From positions 1 through 62,758 of IMG/VR virus record IMGVR_UViG_3300050033_000335: 62,758 nt of DNA; one strand, 5' to 3'. Numbering within the stretch: position 1 is the stretch's first letter; each line of letters opens with the position of its first letter. The notes beneath the pieces are model-generated. The model did not search any database. It was not told where the DNA came from and saw only the letters and a program-made list of their open reading frames with translations. The DNA comes from a virus. Its lineage: Duplodnaviria; Caudoviricetes. Below are positions 57,977 through 62,758 of this stretch, piece after piece. The translations under genes and the position numbers were made by a program.

Positions 57977-58201
57977 GTGGAAAAGATGGCCCAGACTAAA
58001 ACCTACAGTCTATTGGAGAGCTGTACTAATATTATAGTTGGCTGCGGGGTAACTCTTTTAAGTCAGATTATTATCTTTCCGTTGTTTGGAATACATATTC
58101 TGCTTAGAGATAATTTAATGATGACAGCATGGTTTTCTGTATTGTCAATTACAAGAGGCTACCTTATAAGGAGGTTCTTTACTTTATATGTCAAGCGATA
58201 A
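57977..58201 (+). CDS. small two-TM phage protein
   Basis: QTK.YSLLES..N, SITRGYLIRRFF. Confidence 0.75.
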   Translation: MEKMAQTKTYSLLESCTNIIVGCGVTLLSQIIIFPLFGIHILLRDNLMMTAWFSVLSITRGYLIRRFFTLYVKR

Positions 58202-60032
58202 ACCTCAAGCTGTATGGGATACTGAGTGTGGGCCTAATTACTGGCTGATTAAATTTATGAGATTGTCTGATAATGTAATGGCGGAGTTTGAGCAGCTAGA
58301 AGATAAGCCGTTAGACTATAAAAAAATTCGAGAAATAATCAATAAATATGAGTTAATTGATTTTAATGGTATTAAATATGATGTTCCAATGCTACAGTTT
58401 GCTTTAGCTGGTGCCACCAACACCCGGTTAAAGGAAATTTCTGATAAATTAATAGTAGAACATACCCCAGCATGGAAGCTAAAAGGAGAATACAAAACTG
58501 TTCCATTAAACATTGATCATATTGATCTAATAGATTTGCCTCGGGGTAAAGACTCACTTAAAACTTATGCCGGTCGATTACATGTAGAGGAGTTGCAAGA
58601 TCTACCTGAAGAAATGTTCAATAGAGTATTGACTAGAGACGAAATGAATGCAGTTGCTACTTATTGCGGGAAGGATCTAAAGGCAACAGCACTACTTTAT
58701 AATCATATATTGCCTCAGATAGATCTTCGTCGAACTATGTCTAAGCGATATAATACGGATCTGAGATCAAAGTCGGATGCTCAGATAGCAGAAATAATAC
58801 TTACTTTAAATTTGACTAAAGAGTTGGGGTATAAGCCTTGTAAAGCACTTACCGTAGAGAAAGAATTTAAGTATGACATTCCAGAGTTTATAACACTAGA
58901 TCATGAAGTACTTGATATAATTTCTGGGTGTAACTTTACCTTAGATAAGCTTGGGCATATAGTTATGCCTCCAGAACTTGATAATTATGAGATCAAGATC
59001 GGCAAGTCTATTTATCGGCTAGGAATAGGTGGACTTCATTCTTCCGAGAGTTCGGTCTGGTATAAGGCTGAAGATGGCTGGGGTCTAGCTGATCATGATG
59101 TTACTGGGTATTACCCTGCCACTATACTACGTTGTGGAATAAGTCCTAAGCACATTGGGCCTGCTTTTTTAAAAGTATTTAAGACCAGTGTGGATGAGCG
59201 TACTGTAGCAAAGTCAACAAATGATACAGAAGTTGCTGATACTTTAAAGATTGTAAATAATGGATCTTTTGGGAAGCTATCATCTAAATACTCTATTTTA
59301 TATGAACCAAAGTTAATGCTCCAGGTAACACTAACTGGGCAGCTATTGCTATTAATGCAGATAAATTCCTTAGAAGAGCATGGGCTTCAAGTAGTTAGTG
59401 CCAATACTGACGGTATAGTGGTGCGCTATCCACTTAGTTTAGAGACTGTGCTAACTCGTTGTATTAAGGAATGGGAACAAATAACCCGGTTATCGATGGA
59501 AAGAAGCGAGTATTCAGCTCTTTATTCCAGAGATGTAAATAACTATTTTGCTATTAAGAAGAATGGTAAGATTAAAACCAAAGGATGTTTTGGACCTCCG
59601 GCTGTTAGTAACCTAGAAGCAAAGAACCCCCAAGACGAAATTTGTAACGATGCTCTTTTTGCCTACGTTCAACATGGTACTCCATTTGAGCAAACAATCA
59701 GAGAATGTAAAGATATTCGTAAATTTCTGACATTAAGGAAAGTGGAGGGCGGGGCAGTAAAGGATGGAGTCTACTTGGGAAAAATAATCAGATGGTATTA
59801 TGGAAAAAACGCTAACGGGGCTATTAAGTACCAAAGCAACGGCAATAATGTAGCCTTAACCGATGGTGCGCAGCCGCTAATGGCTCTTCCTGTAGATTTT
59901 CCTAAAGATATTGATTACAACCGGTATTTGGGCAAATGTGAAAGTTTATTATACGATGTAGGCCTTAAACACAGCTTTAATCCTCAGTGCAAATTCGGTA
60001 ATACTTCATCCAAACTAATCAAATTATTTTAA
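58188..60032 (+). CDS. DNA polymerase, family B-like with 3'-5' exonuclease
   Basis: WDTEC, FNGIKYD, YCGKD; DVTGYYP, LKIVNNGSFGK, SANTDGI. Confidence 0.92.
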   Translation: MSSDKPQAVWDTECGPNYWLIKFMRLSDNVMAEFEQLEDKPLDYKKIREIINKYELIDFNGIKYDVPMLQFALAGATNTRLKEISDKLIVEHTPAWKLKGEYKTVPLNIDHIDLIDLPRGKDSLKTYAGRLHVEELQDLPEEMFNRVLTRDEMNAVATYCGKDLKATALLYNHILPQIDLRRTMSKRYNTDLRSKSDAQIAEIILTLNLTKELGYKPCKALTVEKEFKYDIPEFITLDHEVLDIISGCNFTLDKLGHIVMPPELDNYEIKIGKSIYRLGIGGLHSSESSVWYKAEDGWGLADHDVTGYYPATILRCGISPKHIGPAFLKVFKTSVDERTVAKSTNDTEVADTLKIVNNGSFGKLSSKYSILYEPKLMLQVTLTGQLLLLMQINSLEEHGLQVVSANTDGIVVRYPLSLETVLTRCIKEWEQITRLSMERSEYSALYSRDVNNYFAIKKNGKIKTKGCFGPPAVSNLEAKNPQDEICNDALFAYVQHGTPFEQTIRECKDIRKFLTLRKVEGGAVKDGVYLGKIIRWYYGKNANGAIKYQSNGNNVALTDGAQPLMALPVDFPKDIDYNRYLGKCESLLYDVGLKHSFNPQCKFGNTSSKLIKLF

Positions 60033-60131
60033 AAATTTAATAATTTTTCCTATTCTATTCTGCTCAAGTTGCGCTATATTAAAAATATAGATAAGGATTA
60101 TAGAAATTAAAAGGGTCAGAGGAGACATAAA

Positions 60132-60350
60132 GTGGAAAACATTATTAGAAGAAATCGGCTAATGACTGTATTCGCATATGCCATAGAATCTCTTCGGAAG
60201 AATGAAAGTCATGGCGGAAATATTTCAGTATTTCATAAAAAATTATTGGTCGAACTAGAAGAGCATCTGAATCAAGCCGCTAATGGTGTATCTCTTAAGA
60301 TAGGTACTTCAGAAAAGAAGATTGTGCCATATGACTGTGGGGAGGATTAG
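60132..60350 (+). CDS. hypothetical protein
   Basis: GAGGAG RBS. Confidence 0.6.
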   Translation: MENIIRRNRLMTVFAYAIESLRKNESHGGNISVFHKKLLVELEEHLNQAANGVSLKIGTSEKKIVPYDCGED

Positions 60351-60352
60351 CT

Positions 60353-60778
60353 ATGAGAGAATCGGGATTATGGCATACAATACGTACCAATCTTCCTGAT
60401 GTCTCAGGAGCCTTTCACATGGAAAGGTTTGAAAATCCTATTGGGCTGGGAACCCCAGATATTAATCTATGCTATAAAGGAATCGAAGCATGGGTGGAAA
60501 TTAAATATCTAGAGAAGTTCCCTGTTAAGCCCACTACTTCTGTTAAGATTCCCCATTTTTCTAATGATCAAAGAAATTGGTTGAAGAGGCGGGGAGAGTG
60601 TAGTGGATTAGCATGGCTTTTTGTTCAGACCGGAACAGAGTATTTTTTATTTGACTGGAAAAATGCTCAGTATATAGGAGAACTAGTTACTTTAGACTGG
60701 GAGCACTTTGCAAAAGGATATTGGAATAAGCGGTGCAATTGGCAAGAATGGCTAAGGATAGTTACTAAAATAGATTAG
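60353..60778 (+). CDS. PD-(D/E)XK nuclease (VRR-NUC / Holliday junction resolvase-like)
   Basis: MRES, ERFEN..GTPD, WVEIK, QRNW. Confidence 0.85.
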   Translation: MRESGLWHTIRTNLPDVSGAFHMERFENPIGLGTPDINLCYKGIEAWVEIKYLEKFPVKPTTSVKIPHFSNDQRNWLKRRGECSGLAWLFVQTGTEYFLFDWKNAQYIGELVTLDWEHFAKGYWNKRCNWQEWLRIVTKID

Positions 60779-61775
60779 ATGGAGGTAAAAATGAATTGCC
60801 CCAGGTGCCAAGGTAAGCTAGAAAATAGGGAATTTCCTAATCAGAAAGAATATGTCTGTGAGAATTGCGGAGATACATACACAGCCGAAGATTTAGAGAT
60901 CTGGAAGAAGATGGAAGGAAACGCGCTATGAACTGCCCAGACTGTGGAGCTGAGATGAATTATGATATGTGGGAAAATGAATATGAATGTTGGGACTGCG
61001 GGCGTATTGTAAATAGGTATAAAGATAATCCGAAGGAATGGGATTAAACAGCAAATAGAAATAGTTTCTATGTAAAATTAATATTAAAATTGGCCTTTAC
61101 TGTAGATTTTTGTGATATGATTATCTTGTAGTTGAGGATTAAAGAATTGATAAGGAGGGTGCCCGTGAAAAATAGGACTTGCAGGGAGCATCAGAAGCAT
61201 CTCCAGACTTTATTGCTGCTGGCTTACAATATAGACAGGGTCTACGATAGCCAAGGTAAGGATCTTACTGAAGTATTTTTTCGTGTTCTAGCTACCTTGC
61301 GGGGAACTACACCAAGGCTGGAATCAGAAGATCATGTATGGGATAGCAAAAGGGAAGAATGTACCTGCGGCTATAGTCCATATCATGATGCTATGTTTAA
61401 TTGTCCAAACCATAAAGAATTTAAGCCAGGGATAGGATTCTAATCAGGAAGAAAAAGGAGAAATACCATGCCATGTTAAGTATATTAACAGTCATATTCT
61501 GCTTATTCGCTTTGATAGTTGTTGTTAGTCAGCTTTCACTTCCAGTAATGATGTTAATGGGAATGGTTAAGGGATTATTTTCTAAGAGAACAGGAAGGAG
61601 TTAAACATGTATAAGGAATTTCAGGAACAGTGGAGTGAAGAATGGACTAATACTCCTGAAGAATGGAGTAATACTCCTCAATTTCATAGTTCTTATTGTC
61701 TATTCTGTGATAATACTTATCTAAATCTAATTCGGTGGGAAAATATCGAATGGGATAAGTTAATGGAGGATTAAT

Positions 61776-61964
61776 ATGATTACTAATATTAATAAGGCAT
61801 GCCGATACTTTACACTAGATCCAAAACTATTCTATTTTTCCTTAGGGTGTCTTTATGGGCTAAAATCATCATTGCCAAAAGAAAAGGCTGAGGACCAGAT
61901 TATTACAATGCTCATGCGAATAATACAGAAACATAGTTCAATAGAAGGAGGAGAAGAATGGTAA
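61776..61964 (+). CDS. hypothetical protein
   Basis: GGAGG RBS. Confidence 0.55.
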   Translation: MITNINKACRYFTLDPKLFYFSLGCLYGLKSSLPKEKAEDQIITMLMRIIQKHSSIEGGEEW

Positions 61965-62233
61965 AGCTGGTTGGTTGGGTAACAGGAGTATGGGCAAGAT
62001 ATTGGACTGGGGTGTGGGGAAAGTATTTTCTCGGATGGTTTACACCTGTGGTAAAATGCGAAGGTTGTGGAGCAATATATGAGGATATTACCTCACAACC
62101 TTTTGGGTCTCAATGGTGTCCAAATCATTTGATGGTAAGATCTGATGGCAAACGGGCCTGCTATTATGTTCGATATAATTCCGGATTACAAGTTGAGATG
62201 GTCTATGCCAAATTAAAAGGGGAAATAAAATGA
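61958..62233 (+). CDS. hypothetical protein (Trp-rich N-terminus)
   Basis: GGAGGAG RBS. Confidence 0.6.
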   Translation: MVKLVGWVTGVWARYWTGVWGKYFLGWFTPVVKCEGCGAIYEDITSQPFGSQWCPNHLMVRSDGKRACYYVRYNSGLQVEMVYAKLKGEIK

Positions 62234-62758
62234 GCCAAGACTTAATAGAAGGGCCAATAGACGGTTATAAGTTAACAGATGAAAATATGGTTTGTTGCCC
62301 AGGCGGTATACCTTACCAGTATGAACTTGGTAAACGACATCAATTGGTAGAAGAAAACAGGCCTTTAGATTTGTGCGAGTATGGTTTCCACTTCTGCTTA
62401 TATCCTTCAGGTGTTTATGTATATAAAAATATAGGTAGAGTTTTTAAAGTAAGAGCCTACGGAGTTTTGAAATTGGATAAAACTCCGGGAGCAGATTTAA
62501 AGATGGTTTGTAAGGAGATAGAATTTGTTGAAGAAATAACGCCTACAGGTAACCAGAATACAGGCCACCGGAATACAGGCGACCAGAATACAGGCCACCG
62601 GAATACAGGCTGCCAGAATACAGGCCACCGGAATACAGGCCACCGGAATACAGGCTGCCAGAATACAGGCGACTGGAATACAGGCGACCAGAATACAGGC
62701 CACCGGAATACAGGTAACTGGAATACAGGCGAACGGAATATAGGCCACCTGAATACAG
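62230..62758 (+). CDS. pentapeptide (NTGxx) repeat protein, truncated by window end
   Basis: ATG 62230 overlapping previous stop; GYK..D, YQYELG, LCEYGFHFC N-domain, then GNQNTGHRNTGDQNTG... open to the end. Confidence 0.85.
   Translation, partial: MSQDLIEGPIDGYKLTDENMVCCPGGIPYQYELGKRHQLVEENRPLDLCEYGFHFCLYPSGVYVYKNIGRVFKVRAYGVLKLDKTPGADLKMVCKEIEFVEEITPTGNQNTGHRNTGDQNTGHRNTGCQNTGHRNTGHRNTGCQNTGDWNTGDQNTGHRNTGNWNTGERNIGHLNT
62544..62758 (+). repeat. 15-bp coding tandem repeat (about 14 units)
   Basis: Unit GAATACAGGC plus 5 variable bases. Confidence 0.97.

Noticed and set aside
367-58557. Numerous minus-strand and nested ORFs in the track
   Set aside because: They overlap well-supported + strand genes and lack recognisable motifs
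62497-62748. Minus-strand ACIPV-repeat ORF
   Set aside because: Shadow of the + strand NTG repeat gene
1-62758. Prophage/lysogeny module, tRNAs, small terminase
   Set aside because: No integrase, repressor, att site, tRNA or terS recognised; the genome is incomplete, so absence is not proven

Overview
This window is most of a contractile-tailed (myovirus-type) dsDNA bacteriophage genome, with essentially all real genes on the + strand. Order: an IS200/IS605-family tnpB with its right end (1-1447); terminase large subunit flanked by related 50-bp tandem arrays; GH19 endolysin; portal/head module (DUF1073-like portal, Mu gpF-like, DUF2213-like protease/scaffold, decoration protein, DUF2184-like major capsid); neck, sheath, tube, frameshifted tail chaperone, two paralogous tape-measure genes and baseplate; large fibre/adhesin proteins and a GH26 glycosidase; a second lysis unit; an AT-rich intergenic region; and a replication/modification arm (SNF2-like helicase, SSB, primase, UvrD-like helicase, DEDDh exonuclease, beta-clamp-like protein, GREB1/TAGT-like glycosyltransferase, radical SAM, family B-like polymerase, resolvase-like nuclease). 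The window ends inside a pentapeptide-repeat gene. I saw no integrase, repressor, small terminase, tRNA or CRISPR array. Most unusual: (i) five structural-module proteins, including tail-fibre-like ones, carry Sec signal peptides, several with paired cysteines and a shared [FY]xN[IF]SAA motif; (ii) the UvrD-like helicase Walker A is split by a 5-nt stop-containing insert next to a 16-bp hairpin that hides its start; (iii) mini-ORF repeat arrays flank terL; (iv) duplicated tape measure; (v) duplicated promoter-terminator leaders and a recurrent AGGATTA leader motif; (vi) a glycosyltransferase + radical SAM candidate DNA-modification unit. All family assignments are by eye from motifs and synteny; no searches were run.
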